64,000 nt of DNA, from positions 10,540,001 through 10,604,000 of the forward strand of contig CATNEN010000007.1 of NCBI GenBank assembly GCA_950097015.1, written 5' to 3'. This DNA is from Macrostomum hystrix. Its lineage: Eukaryota > Animalia > Platyhelminthes. The notes below the pieces were generated by a model. It was not told the DNA's origin. It was given only the letters and a program-made list of their open reading frames with translations, and did not search any database. Shown here piece by piece: positions 10,281 to 21,849 of this stretch. The position numbers and the translations under genes were made by a program. Position 1 is the first letter of the stretch. Every line of letters starts with the position of its first letter.

Positions 10281-10827
10281 CGTATGCAGACGCATGCAGA
10301 CGTCGCACGAGAGGGCGAGGCAAAGCCTGGAGACAGCGCAGCTGCACCAGAAGGTGGAGTACGACAAGCGGTGCCACGGCGAAGCTTTCAGCGAGGTCTG
10401 GCTACACAATCCAGCACTCAAGCAAGGTGAGTGCCGCAAATTTCACCGCTGGTGGACTGGGCCATGGCGTATTAAAAAGAAAATTTCCTTCAATCGCCTG
10501 AAGTCCTGCAAGGCGGCCTGTCCAGTCGGCGCCCCAGTCGGCGCCCCGGTCGGCGCTCCAGTCGGCGCCCCAGTTGGCGCTCCAGTCGGCGCCCCAGTCG
10601 GCGCCCCAGTTGGCGCCCCAGTCGGCGCCCCAGTCGGCGCCCCAGTCGGCGCCCCAGTCGGCGCTCCAGTCGGCGCTCCAGTCGGCGCCCCAGTCGGCGC
10701 TCCAGTCGGCGCTCCAGTCGGCGCCCCAGCCGGCGCCCCAGCCGGCGCTCCTATCGTTGTCGAATTGCGTCGCATTGAAAGGACCCGTGCTCCTCCAGAG
10801 TTTTTCGGTGAAGTTTATACCCATTGA
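10281..10827 (+). pseudogene. C-terminal remnant of Gypsy integrase (GPY/F region); RNase H and integrase core deleted
   Basis: ARQSL..AQLHQKVEYDK...VWLHNP...KFHRWWTGPWRI and FNRLK directly follow the RT. Confidence 0.75.
10522..10751. repeat. 12-bp minisatellite (~19 copies), in frame as PVGA repeats
   Basis: Unit CCAGTCGGCGC(C/T). Confidence 0.97.
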
Positions 10828-11053
10828 AAAAGATGTTTGATTTGAAATGTTTGAAATAATGTTTGAAAACTGTCAGATCAGTTTAAATTGAATTTTTTGT
10901 GCTTTTTTTATATACATTTTTTATTCCATTGAGTTACTGTTGCAACAATAATTTAAATATTTTATTTTTCAAAATAACTCGTTTTTTATATTAAATAATA
11001 AGCTCGAATATTGTAAAAGTGAGTGGAACACTTTTTTCGCGAAAGGAGAGCAT

Positions 11054-11205
11054 TGTAAGATTGTTGGCAACATGTTTGCACACGCTATGTACGTTTGCAT
11101 GCTGTACAATGATGTACATTAATCGTTAAAATATAAGCGAGTGAGTTGACGCCTTAAGTGGCGAGAATTTGGTCTACGCTACAATCTCGTTTTCGGCGGC
11201 TTACA
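11054..11205 (+). repeat. 3' LTR (152 bp)
   Basis: Copy of 1831-1986, preceded by the polypurine tract at 11041-11050. Confidence 0.95.
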
Positions 11206-11616
11206 TATGCAATTATCAACCTTACGCGCTGACCAGCGAAATTTTATAATTAAAAAAACGGACAGTCAACGTCAACCCTGGCTGCACGTTTGTAGTCTGA
11301 GCAGTCATAGCTCTGAAATATCCGTCAGAGCACAGGATCAAGGGCTCCGAAAATGTGCATCTCGAATGTGCACCGAAAATTGATTCAGGGCAAGTCAAAC
11401 AGGATGTGCTTATAGAAACTTCCAGCGAGAGCCACATGTTCCTGAAAGGAAACATAGGTAATAAGATTTTGTACCTTTTTATTTTTTAGCTTAGACAAAA
11501 CAGTCAATTTTTCAAAAGCAGGGGGAATTGAAGAGGTGCTGGGAAGGGGGAGGGGACTATCAAGGACGGCGTAAGGAATGCCAAGGACGATAGGAGAGGG
11601 GACTGCCAACTGTCAG

Positions 11617-12592
11617 AGGGGACACTTCCTGTGTGGTATGAGTCAGTCCAGGCCCACGGGCTAAGGTCTGCGATGCCTCACACCTGCAGTCGTTTTTTGA
11701 GCAGGCTTGGTAGGAAGGAGACCTGTGCCTTCGGGTGCAGAAATCCCTCCACGCTGTCCCGTCAGCTGACCCATGGGTACACATCCCGCGAGTGTTCAAG
11801 GCTGACCCTAGGGCAGCCGGACAGAATGGGCAACAGCGCTGGATGACCCATCCAGGGCCTCCGGCCAAACTGGGTACCTCTAGCCCTGGCTGGAAGGAAA
11901 GGTGTCACCCTTCGACCTTAACAGGGTATGCGGCCAGTCCGCAGCGTTCGTGCACCTGTGCGTGATCAGGTACCTCTGGCTATCCCAGAGGTATCCCGCG
12001 ATCCCAAAGCTGAGCGGGGGCAGCCAAAAAAAGTTACAACCCGGGGTGGGATGCCAGAGCCACCGGGAGGAACCGTAGGAGGCCAGACTACTCCCTGGTC
12101 AAGCGTCCATCAGCACGGTCAACACTGGGACATTGGAGGGCGCTATTGGGCCAGCGCCGAGGCTTGCGGACTGGCCGCATACCCTGTTAAGGTCAAAGGG
12201 TGACACCTTTCCCTCAGAGCCGTAGCCAGAGGTACCTGATCACGCACAGGTGCACGAACGCTGCGGACTGGCCGCATACCCTGTTAAGGTCAAAGGGTGA
12301 CACCTTTCCCTCCAGCCGGGGCTAGCGGTACCCAGTTAGGCCGGAGGCCCTGGATGGGTCATCCAGCGCTGTTGCCCATTCTGTCCGGCTGCCCTAGGGT
12401 CAGCCTTGAACACTCGCGGGACGTGTACCCATGGGTCAGCTGACGGGACAGCGTGGAGAGGATTCCTGCACCCGGAGGCACAGGGCTCCTTCCTGCCAGG
12501 CCTGCTCAAAAAACGACTGCAGGTGTGAGGCATCGCAGACCTTAGCCCGTGGGCCTGGTCTGACTCATACCACACAGGCATTGTGTCCCGCC
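11617..12592. repeat. Foldback made of two inverted solo copies of the LINE 5' module
   Basis: 11617-11982 (+) and ~12165-12592 (-) both match 9150-9576; a ~185-bp unrelated spacer separates them; no ORFs, 3' tail or TSD visible. Confidence 0.9.
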
Positions 12593-12611
12593 GCTTGCGC
12601 AGCCATCCTTA

Positions 12612-13100
12612 GTAGACGAGCAGGGAGTAGAGGAGCAGTGGGTAGAGGAGCAGGGGGTAGTGTAGCAGGGGTAGAGGAGCATTGGTAGATGATCAGGGGT
12701 AGAGGAGCAGGGGTAGAGGAGCAGTGGGTAGTGGAGCAGGGGTAGAGGAGCAGGGGTAGAGGAGCAGGGGTAGAGGAGCAGTGGGTAGAGGAGCAGGGGT
12801 AGAGGAGCAGGGGTAGAGGAGCAGGGGTAGAGGAGCAGGGGTAGAGGAGCAGTGGGTAGAGGAGCAGGGGTAGAGGAGCAGTGGGTAGTGGAGCAGGGGT
12901 AGAGGAGCAGGGGTAGAGGAGCAGGGGTAGAGGAGCAGTGGGTAGAGGAGCAGGGGTATAGGAGCAGGGGTAGTGGAGCAGGGGTAGAGGAGCAGTGGGT
13001 AGAGGAGCAGTGGGTAGAGGAGCAGGGGTAGAGGAGCAGGGGTAGAGGAGCAGGGGTAGAGGAGCAGGGGAAGAGGAGCAGGGGTAGAGTAGCAGGGCCA
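12612..13100. repeat. 14/15-bp purine-rich minisatellite
   Basis: Units GTAGAGGAGCAGGG and GTAGAGGAGCAGTGG. Confidence 0.95.
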
Positions 13101-13424
13101 GTAGAGGAAAAGCGGTAGAGCAGCAGGGCTAGTAGAGGCCAGGCCAGCTTGCCAAGGCCAGCGGCTCTACATGCTAGGCAAATAAAAAATGGAAGACCAG
13201 CACTTTCGCCAGCTGCTCTGCCACAAGTTCTAACATTTTGAGAGACAAGTAATGCAGCAGAGATCTTACTGCTTTTGATCAATTCAGATTAAGTTTATTT
13301 CTCCTCATGGATCTCAAAGGTAACAAATCAGGGGAGAGTTGAGGGCAAAAATGTCAGTACTGAACCCAAGGGACTCGCGCATTCGCATGGACCACCTCCG
13401 ACCTCGGATGCATTGCTTCGGTTT

Positions 13425-14089
13425 CTATCGCAACAAGCCGGCCACAAAGACGCGCAGCAACTCGCGATCGTCGTCGCACAGGCGGCCGTCGTGGGCGGCT
13501 TTCTGCAATGCGCCAGTCGGTGTTGGATTCAGGTACTGGCCTGTCACGTGACAACTGCAGATTACCCGGCGCCCGGACCACGCAGAACTCATACCCAATC
13601 TCAGCTCCCAAGAAGTCAATTTTCAGGCTCTTTAATCTAGCACGCAACTTTCTAAGACCTACTGAGACGCCAAAACATGCTTTTGAGAGAGCTGGGCTAC
13701 CTACTGGGTAAAGTTGCCCTTTAGTGTTCGTCAAGAGAGGCTGCAGAGCTAATTGCTTTGCAGTCTAGGCCAAGTCAGCTTACCGCAACGGCTCCGAGCA
13801 CCTGAGCGACCGCCGGGTCGATCACGCAGGTGTCCGGCTCCGAGGAATGCTTCTTCAGGCGGAAGAAGTGGTAGCCCTTCTTCAGCCGGAAGATCTGGTG
13901 GCCCGGATGGCCTTCCGAGGCAACTTCCACTAAAACATTGTTGGTGGGCGGGTTATCTTAAAAATCCCATCTCATCACATCGCAGAAGCCGAAGTGGTAG
14001 CGCTACTCACTCTGAGCTCCGACGGTTGCCGAGTCCAGGCAGACGAGGCAGACAGCGGCAAACAGCAGAGCCTGCAGAATTCCGTTCAT
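13425..14089 (-). CDS. Neuropeptide prohormone yielding ...GHQIFRL and GYHFFRL peptides (similar to planarian SPP-18/19 type)
   Basis: Exon 14089-14011 is a signal peptide (MNGILQALLFAAVCLVCLDSATVGAQ). Exon 13929-13784 encodes MEVASEGHPGHQIFRL-KK-GYHFFRL-KK-HSSEPDTCVIDP... Probable last exon 13535-13425 (YLNPTP...RLCDDDRELLRVFVAGLLR*). GT-AG sites and phases fit; the last acceptor is uncertain. Confidence 0.8.
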
Positions 14090-16009
14090 TGTCTCTGTCG
14101 GGAGCTTCTTTGGTTTGGAGTGCTTTCTGAAATTGAACCGCAGACTTTCTCACATTCAGAAAAGCTGATTTTGTTAATAATAGATCCAGGTGGCAAGCCG
14201 GGTCCCCTGGGATTATCGTTTTCTGAGCAGACAGTGAAAGGCGCCAATGAGCTAATTCAAAGCTGCGAGCTTGACAGATTAACGGGATTAGCTCCATAAA
14301 GAATCGGATTAGCGCTAATCCGCTTGTTGAAGTGTTTATGACGTAAAAAGATGATGGGATTAGCACCGGGCCAGAAAATCCGGAATCCGGATCGGTGATA
14401 CCAGCGCCTCAGGCCCCGCAGCCAGGTGGCGCCACTGCCCAGCGGTGTGCAATGCTTCTATGGTACCTGAGTCTTGTTCCACACCTGTTCTGGCAGTTTT
14501 TCTTAATTGGCCATTAAAATTGTCGGCTATGCATTGTCTGAGCCAACAGGTTGGGCAGTTTCCGTGATGTCGCACCGCTCCAGTCCTGCTCTGATGGAGC
14601 TGTTAAGCAGAAAACTCACCTGGTGGATTTGTTGCTGTCGGACTGGGCCGAGGCACTGACAATGGCTTCTGGCTGAGCTGGTTTCACAGGGCTGAGCGAT
14701 CCTGGATGTGTGCGAGGGGAGCCTCCCAGAAAGCGGCAGACCTCCGGCTTTATGCAGCAGCTGCCGCAGGCCGCCATTGGCTGGGCGGCCGTCCCAGCCC
14801 CCCCCCTCCGCCAGGGAACCGGCAGTAGGTGACTTCCCGCCTCCTCAACCCGATCCTCCGTCGTCTTTGAATGGCAAGTTACGATGCCTCCAGCAGCTTC
14901 AGAGTCTGGCCCACTAGCAATTCCCTTTCTCTGCTCCCTTCTTATTATCGGAATCTTATTCCGCCTCCGCCGCTGGGTGCTATTTGCGTTCCTTGCTGGT
15001 TGTCATGGCAACCACATGTGTATTTCTCTCGTTAGCATGGAAGAATTAACATCGGAAAACAAATCTTCTGAGAAGAATATTTCTCAGAAGCATTGGGTCT
15101 GATTTTCTGGGCATGCGGAGGGAAAACTGCTTCTGAAAACCCCCGGACTTGCCGCGCGGAGTCACGGAGGCGATCCGGGTGTCATCCGGACAATGCCGAG
15201 GGCCGTCGATGATTGACTCCGGGGAAGTCCAGCTGAAGCTCCAGTCGCAGCTCCTCTAGGACCACTCTGACTCTCAACGCTTCCTGACCGGACTTTCCTG
15301 AGAGCGCTGCTTACAAAACTCGGCGCCGTGGCGACGGCTGCGGCAGCTGGGAGGCATTGTTTGGGCCATAATTAGAAAACAATCAACCATTTAAAATAAT
15401 CGCATTGTCCGGCGTCAGTGCGCCCTTTTTCTAGAAATCGATAGTGACAGCAGGCCGCTAATTTTCGCTCAGGTGTCAATCCACCGCACAGCTGAGCACT
15501 TCATCAGCACCTGGACCCGGCTCTATTCTCACCTTCAATCACGTCTCTCTAAAGTTATATTTTTCTATTTTCAGTCACATTTTTTCAACTGCCAATCAGT
15601 CAAATCAAGCGAATCTAGCAGCGATTTCGTCTAGGGAATTTTTCCGGGTTTTTCACAAGTGCCACAACGCTAATTAGGTTTCTGCAATTGGAGTAACCCA
15701 GCGCTCTTGATCAGGAGACAGGTAGAGGCTGCGATTATTAAATTTTGTAAAAGGACATCCGCAAATGAAAGAAGAGTATAAATAGTAGAAATGTGGGCAA
15801 AGAACAGGCGCAAAAAATGTTTATCCAGTTATAATCCAATCACTACTCCCGACTCGCAACTGGTCTATAGGTCGGTGGTTCGAATCAGCGAAAAAAAATT
15901 CACGCGGGTTTCTTGTACAAAGGAAAATGCTTGATAGATTAAAGAGATTTGTCAAAATCCTGCTAATGGAAATCTCATCCCACAACACGATGGCGATATC
16001 CCTATTGGA

Positions 16010-18307
16010 TCAGTGTTCTTGCTGCCAGCGTTGCCGCCAACGCCGCTCCCTGACGACGAGCAGAGGCACCAGCACCGGGCTGGCCAGCAGCAGCAGCGGC
16101 GAGAAGGCGAGGCCGACAATGGCAGCACCACCGACGCCAGCAGCAAGGAGGCCGCGCCGGAGAGCTCGGCGAAGTCGCGGCCGACCGGGCAGGAAGTTGG
16201 CGCTGCAGCCGTAGACACTTAGCCGGGACTCGTGGCCGCCGAGGAGCCGCTTGGGCAGCATTCCGAGGAGGCGGCCCCGCTGCCAGAGCCGCTTGCCGCA
16301 CAGGTAGCAGAACTCGGTGTGGCAGACCATGCAGGTCATGTGGCGGCAGCCGCCGTCCCGCTCAATCAGGGCCCGACACTGAGGGCAGTTGCGCGCCCGC
16401 CGCGTCTCGGCGGCGCCGACAGCCGCGGCGTCTTCGTCCGGCCGCATCTCGCGGCTCCAGGCGGTCAGCAGGCTGCGGTCGGTGTCGGCCAGGTCCATGC
16501 ACGCGCGGCCAGGGTGGCGCGGCCCGTGGCAAGCGAAGCACCACGCGACTCCGCAGGACTCGCATTCGACTTCGTTGCTTTCAGCGTCGGCCGCGGCGCG
16601 GCCACGAGGTAGATCTCGGCGGCACACGAGGCCGCAGGTAGGGCAGGTCTTGACGCCGGGGTCGCGGTCAGCGTCGGCCTGCAGCTGCTCGTAGCGACGC
16701 AGCAGGTCCGGCTGCCCGTGCAGGCAGAGCTCGCGGACCTCGTCTCTTGGCAGCTGGGCCGGACAGTTCGGACAGCCGATTCGCGACCGGCCGGCGGCCA
16801 GGGCGAAGCGAGCGCTAGCGGCCAGGCAGGCGGCGCAGACCGGCAGGTGGCAGCAGCGGCGCCAGCGCACCAGAAGGCCGTCGCAGGCGCAGACACCGCA
16901 CTCGCCGATGCTGACAGCGTCAGGCAGGTCTCTGAAGGCGGAGGCGAACCGGTCGAGGTAATAGTCCAGGCAGACGGTTGCCCGAATGTCGCAAACCCGG
17001 CGTCGCTCGGTGGCGCTGAACAGAAGCCAGAACTCGAAGGGCAATGTGGAGGCCGAAGATGCTTCAAGTAGCGCCAGCATCTTCCGGCGCAGCTGGGCAT
17101 CGACACCCTCAGCCAGGAGGAGGCCCGGCAGATAGCTGCCCAGTGCCCGGTCAAATTCGGCCTTGCTGAAGCGGGACAAGCAGCTGCGGCCACCGGAGTC
17201 GAAGGCCAGCAGCAGCTCATCCTGCTCGCGTGGCTGGTCAGCGGCTTCCTCGTCATCCTCCTCCTTCTCCTCCTCCTCCTCCCATTTCTCATCTGCCCAG
17301 TCTGTCTTCTCTGCTCCTGCAGTGGCTGTTGAGTCTGTCTTCTCTGCTCCTGCAGTGGCTGTTGAGTCTGTCTTCTCTGCTCCTGCAGTGGCTGTTGAGT
17401 CTGTCTTCTCCTCTCCTGCAGTGGCTGTTGAGTCTGTCTTCTCCTCTCCTGCAGTGGCTGTTGAGTCTGTCTTCTCTGCTCCTGCAGTGGCTGTTGAGTC
17501 TGTCTTCTCTGCTCCTGCAGTGGCTGTTGAGTCTGTCTTCTCCTCTCCTGCAGTGGCTGTTGAGTCTGTCTTCTCCTCTCCTGCAGTGGCTGTTGAGTCT
17601 GTCTTCTCTGCTCCTGCAGTGGCTGTTGAGTCTGTCTTCTCCTCTCCTGCAGTGGCTGTTGAGTCTGTCTTCTCTGCTCCTGCAGTGGCTGTTGAGTCTG
17701 TCTTCTCCTCTCCTGCAGTGGCTGTTGAGTCTGTCTTCTCCTCTCCTGCAGTGGCTGTTGAGTCTGTCTTCTCTGCTCCTGCAGTGGCTGTTGAGTCTGT
17801 CTTCTCCTCTCCTGCAGTGGCTGTTGAGTCTGTCTTCTCTGCTCCTGCAGTGGCTGTTGAGTCTGTCTTCTCTGCTCCTGCAGTGGCTGTTGAGTCTGTC
17901 TTCTCCTCTCCTGCAGTGGCTGTTGAGTCTGTCTTCTCCTCTCCTGCAGTGGCTGTTGAGTCTGTCTTCTCTGCTCCTGCAGTGGCTGTTGAGTCTGTCT
18001 TCTCCTCTCCTGCAGTGGCTGTTGAGTCTGTCTTCTCTGCTCCTGCAGTGGCTGTTGAGTCTGTCTTCTCTGCTCCTGCAGTGGCTGTTGAGTCTGTCTT
18101 CTCCTCTCCTGCAGTGGCTGTTGAGTCTGTCTTCTCTGCTCCTGCAGTGGCTGTTGAGTCTGTCTTCTCTGCTCCTGCAGTGGCTGTTGAGTCTGTCTTC
18201 TCCTCTCCTGCAGTGGCTGTTGAGTCTGTGCTCACCTCAACAGTTTCAGCTCCAGTCTCCAGAGTCACTATATCGCTCATCTGTTCCAGCGGTCCAAACT
18301 TTGTCAT
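16010..18307 (-). CDS. RNF217: RBR-type E3 ubiquitin ligase, RNF217-like, intronless CDS with N-terminal 11-aa repeats
   Basis: RING1 CGVC...CCHLPVCAAC...CPNC; IBR CPTC...CESC...CFACHGPRH...C; RING2 CPQC..GGCRHMTC..CHTEFCYLC; the RNF217-type tail GHESRLSVYGC..FLPGRPRLRR followed by a transmembrane segment. ATG at 18307. Confidence 0.9.
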   Translation of the reverse strand: MTKFGPLEQMSDIVTLETGAETVEVSTDSTATAGEEKTDSTATAGAEKTDSTATAGAEKTDSTATAGEEKTDSTATAGAEKTDSTATAGAEKTDSTATAGEEKTDSTATAGAEKTDSTATAGEEKTDSTATAGEEKTDSTATAGAEKTDSTATAGAEKTDSTATAGEEKTDSTATAGAEKTDSTATAGEEKTDSTATAGEEKTDSTATAGAEKTDSTATAGEEKTDSTATAGAEKTDSTATAGEEKTDSTATAGEEKTDSTATAGAEKTDSTATAGAEKTDSTATAGEEKTDSTATAGEEKTDSTATAGAEKTDSTATAGAEKTDSTATAGAEKTDWADEKWEEEEEKEEDDEEAADQPREQDELLLAFDSGGRSCLSRFSKAEFDRALGSYLPGLLLAEGVDAQLRRKMLALLEASSASTLPFEFWLLFSATERRRVCDIRATVCLDYYLDRFASAFRDLPDAVSIGECGVCACDGLLVRWRRCCHLPVCAACLAASARFALAAGRSRIGCPNCPAQLPRDEVRELCLHGQPDLLRRYEQLQADADRDPGVKTCPTCGLVCRRDLPRGRAAADAESNEVECESCGVAWCFACHGPRHPGRACMDLADTDRSLLTAWSREMRPDEDAAAVGAAETRRARNCPQCRALIERDGGCRHMTCMVCHTEFCYLCGKRLWQRGRLLGMLPKRLLGGHESRLSVYGCSANFLPGRPRLRRALRRGLLAAGVGGAAIVGLAFSPLLLLASPVLVPLLVVRERRWRQRWQQEH
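17300..18229. repeat. 33-bp coding minisatellite (~28 copies; TDSTATAG(A/E)EK)
   Basis: Unit GTCTGTCTTCTC(TG/CT)CTCCTGCAGTGGCTGTTGA. Confidence 0.97.
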
Positions 18308-19422
18308 CACAGAACTTTCTGCTGATTCTGCTAGCTGTGTTGCGGGTCAGATGAATTTCTGTGAGCCTTAAAACTGCATGCTTTACTGCGCAGACCAACG
18401 CCCTGCCAAGTTTCAGTATCCAAAAATGACGTCGAGAACTGGAGAGTTCTAATTTTAGAGCACACTCACAGGAGTGAGCACTGTTGTACATTATTTACTG
18501 TACACCCAGCTCTGCAAAGGGGTCTGAAAACCCGTCTCAACTGAGTAGGGCTGCCATAGATACACTAGGAATGTACTCGTACACTCGCTGTCTACCAAAT
18601 TGTACATTTAGACTATAACAAGTGAGTAGGCAGCGACAGAGTGGCTTGCTCTCCTGCCAGGTGTGCATTCATTCCTTATCTGACTTGAATCCGAGTTTCA
18701 TATTCCGAAAAAATAACAAATTGAAAGGTGGTGAATCACAATCACAGCAGGATGTTGAGTCACAAACCACAATTGATTGGCAATTTGAGGGTAGTTTTGC
18801 GTAGTTTGACAATTCGAGTTAAATATTTCTGGCTGGCCTGAAGCAGTTGCCCTCAAAGACATTGCAAAATACTCTGAAAGATTATACCTTTCTTACCCCG
18901 CCTCTCAATAATTGGCAGCAATCAGCAGCAACAGCAGCAGCGGCAGGTGTTGCAGCACCCACGATGGCTCACTGAGTACTAACTAACTGGGGTGCGCCTC
19001 AGGTAAGCAGCAACACCTTGGAAAAGCAGAAGATAATGCAATAAATTGGACGAGAGGTAAAATTGGTTTTAAAGCAAAAAATGCACTTTATTTTAGAAAA
19101 TGACTAGCACACTAAGTCCCCTTGGGGGCACTGTACTGTTCAGACAAAAATGTTGTGTAATGCAGAAGGACAAAACACACCTGAAAGTGAACAAAAACAA
19201 AAGCTCATTTCGTCAGTATTAACTTCCCTGATTACGAATATACGTGATTGCGATTCAACAAGAATTTTTATTCTCATTAAATACAAAAACAGTCAGTCTG
19301 AGCTCGAATACTTTCTGAGACATCCGGTCTGTACACCAAGAGCCCCATTGGGGCAAAATTACACAAGTAACTTACGTTTGATACAACTCAGCTTAATGCT
19401 ACTAAGGTACATGTGAATACTA

Positions 19423-19864
19423 TCCCCTCAGCAGCAGAGAACCAATGTCCCCTCAGCAGCAGAGAACCAATGTCCCCTCAGCAGCAGAGAACCAATGTCC
19501 CCTCAGCAGCAGAGAACCAATGTCCCCTCAGCAGCAGAGAACCAATGTCCCCTCAGCAGCAGAGAACTAAATCCCCCCCCAGCAGCAGAGAACTAATTCC
19601 CCCCCAGCAGCAGAGAACTAATTCCCCCAGCAGCAGAGAACTAATTCCCCCAGCAGCAAAGAACTAATTCCCCCAGCAGCAAAGAACTAATTCCCCCAGC
19701 AGCAGAGAACTAATTCCCCCCAGCAGCAGAGAACTAATTCCCCCAGCAGCAGAGAACTAATTCCCCCCCAGCAGCAGAGAACTAATTCCCCCAGCAGCAG
19801 AGAACTAATTCCCCCAGCAGCAAAGAACTAATTCCCCCCCAGCAGCAGAGAACTAAATCCCCCT
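19423..19864. repeat. ~23-26-bp minisatellite
   Basis: CCCC(T/C)CAGCAGCAGAGAAC(C/T)AAT(G/T)T with a variable C run. Confidence 0.95.
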
Positions 19865-20084
19865 TACCATTTTAACCAATAAACGAAATAAAAAAATTTT
19901 AGATTCGTTTATTGGTAAAAAAAACTCTTGGACACATTTAGAAAAATGATTTGAATTTAATTTTAGTATAGGGACTAGCAACAAAGACCCCCTTGGGGGA
20001 AAATCACGCTTTAAAGAAAAAAAAAGAAAACTTGAAAACTGAAATGAATCAGCATAAAAACTATTCTGATCTTTTTCTGATATC

Positions 20085-21235
20085 TCCTCGATAATTCATG
20101 CTTCACCCTTGATAATTCATACTCGTACATTCCCTTCGTTAATTCATGCTACACCCTTGATAATTCATACTCGTACATTCCCTTCGTTAATTCATGCTTC
20201 ACCCTTGATAATTCATACTCGTACATTCCCTTCGTTAATTTATGCTTCACCCTTGATAATTCATACTCGTACATTCCCTTCGTTAATTCATGCTTCACCC
20301 TTGATAATTCATACTCGTACATTCCCTCGATAATTCATGCTTCACCCTTGATAATTCATACTCGTACATTCCCTCGATAATTCATGCTTCACCCTTGATA
20401 ATTCATACTCGTACATTCCCTTCGTTAATTCATGCTTCACCCTTGATAATTCATACTCGTACATTCCCTTCGCTATTTCATGCTACACCCTTGATAATTC
20501 ATACTCGTACATTCCCTTCGTTAATTCATGCTTCACCCTTGATAATTCATACTCGTACATTCCCTTCGTTAATTCATGCTTCACCCTTGATAATTCATAC
20601 TCGTACATTCCCTTCGTTAATTCATGCTTCACCCTTGATAATTCATACTCGTACATTCCCTTCGTTAATTTATGCTACACCCTTGATAATTCATACTCGT
20701 ACATTCCCTTCGTTAATTCATGCTTCACCCTTGATAATTCATACTCGTACATTCCCTTCGTTAATTCATGCTTCACCCTTGATAATTCATACTCGTACAT
20801 TCCCTTCGTTAATTCATGCTTCACCCTTGATAATTCATACTCGTACATTCCCTTCGTTAATTTATGCTACACCCTTGATAATTCATACTCGTACATTCCC
20901 TTCGTTAATTCATGCTTCACCCTTGATAATTCATACTCGTACATTCCCTTCGTTAATTCATGCTTCACCCTTGATAATTCATACTCGTACATTCCCTTCG
21001 TTAATTCATGCTACACCCTTGATAATTCATACTCGTACATTCCCTTCGTTAATTCATGCTTCACCCTTGATAATTCATACTCGTACATTCCCTTCGTTAA
21101 TTCATGCTACACCCTTGATAATTCATACTCGTACATTCCCTTCGTTAATTCATGCTTCACCCTTGATAATTCATACTCGTACATTCCCTTCGTTAATTCA
21201 TGCTTCACCCTCGTTAAAACGTGCTACCCCTTGAT
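20085..21235. repeat. 48-bp minisatellite built from 21+27-bp related halves (~23 copies)
   Basis: AATTCATGCTTCACCCTTGAT + AATTCATACTCGTACATTCCCTTCGTT. Confidence 0.96.
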
Positions 21236-21295
21236 AATGCATGCCTTCCCTCTATAATTTTTGCTTACCCCTCAATTCATGCTATCCCTTTTCAT

Positions 21296-21810
21296 GTTTC
21301 ATGTTTTCCTTCAAATTATCATGCTTTGCAAATATAGAAAAATAATGATGGCTGCTTAGTTTTGAATCTAATGACGATTGCAGCAATGCTCAAAACACTT
21401 TTCTTAAGTTTGAAAATGCTAAAAGCTACTCGTGCTCGAACAGTTTTCATTGAGTTTTGAATCGAATAGCGCTTGAAAAAAATGAAAAAATAATATTAAT
21501 CACGCTTTTAGCTATGCTCAACATATTTTTCTAGTTCTGAATCTGATAGCGCATGCAGCTATGCTCAAAAATGTTTCCTTCGTTTCGGTATCGAATAAGG
21601 TTAAAAGCTCGAACAGTCTTCATTGAGATTTAAATCGAATAACGCTTAAAGCAAAGCTTGAAAAATGTTAAAACTTAAAATTAATCACGCGCTGTTAGAT
21701 GTGCTCCACATATTTTTCTAGTTCTGAATCTGATAAAACTTGCAACTATGCAAAAAAATCTTTCCTTTGTTTTAGCATCGTATAACACTTGCTCCTGCAC
21801 TCGAAAAACT
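21296..21810 (+). repeat. AT-rich dispersed repeat, copy 1 (internally duplicated)
   Basis: Aligns by eye with 38316-38665 (GTTTCATGTTTTCCTTC...TTTGAATCTAATGACGATTGCAGCAATGCTCAAA...GTGCTCGAACAGTTTTCATTGAG). Confidence 0.8.
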
Positions 21811-21849
21811 TATTTTATTATTAGAATTCTAATTTTCTGATCCTAGATA

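Larger units (their letters stand above)
1831..11205 (+). mobile_element. Ty3/Gypsy LTR retrotransposon, degenerate (frameshift, internal deletion, nested LINE)
   Basis: Two LTRs with TGTAAG...CTTACA ends; 4-bp TSD TATG at 1827-1830 and 11206-11209; PBS after the 5' LTR; purine tract GAAAGGAGAG before the 3' LTR; order gag-PR-RT-(integrase remnant). Confidence 0.95.

Noticed and set aside
17163-18371. Long plus-strand ORFs of 402 and 374 aa
   Set aside because: Antisense read-through of the stop-free 33-bp repeat.
20109-21234. Repeat-derived ORFs here and at 12542-13282, 39921-40811, 43738-44505, 50730-51549 and 58466-59176
   Set aside because: Translations of minisatellites with no domain, start context or splice support.
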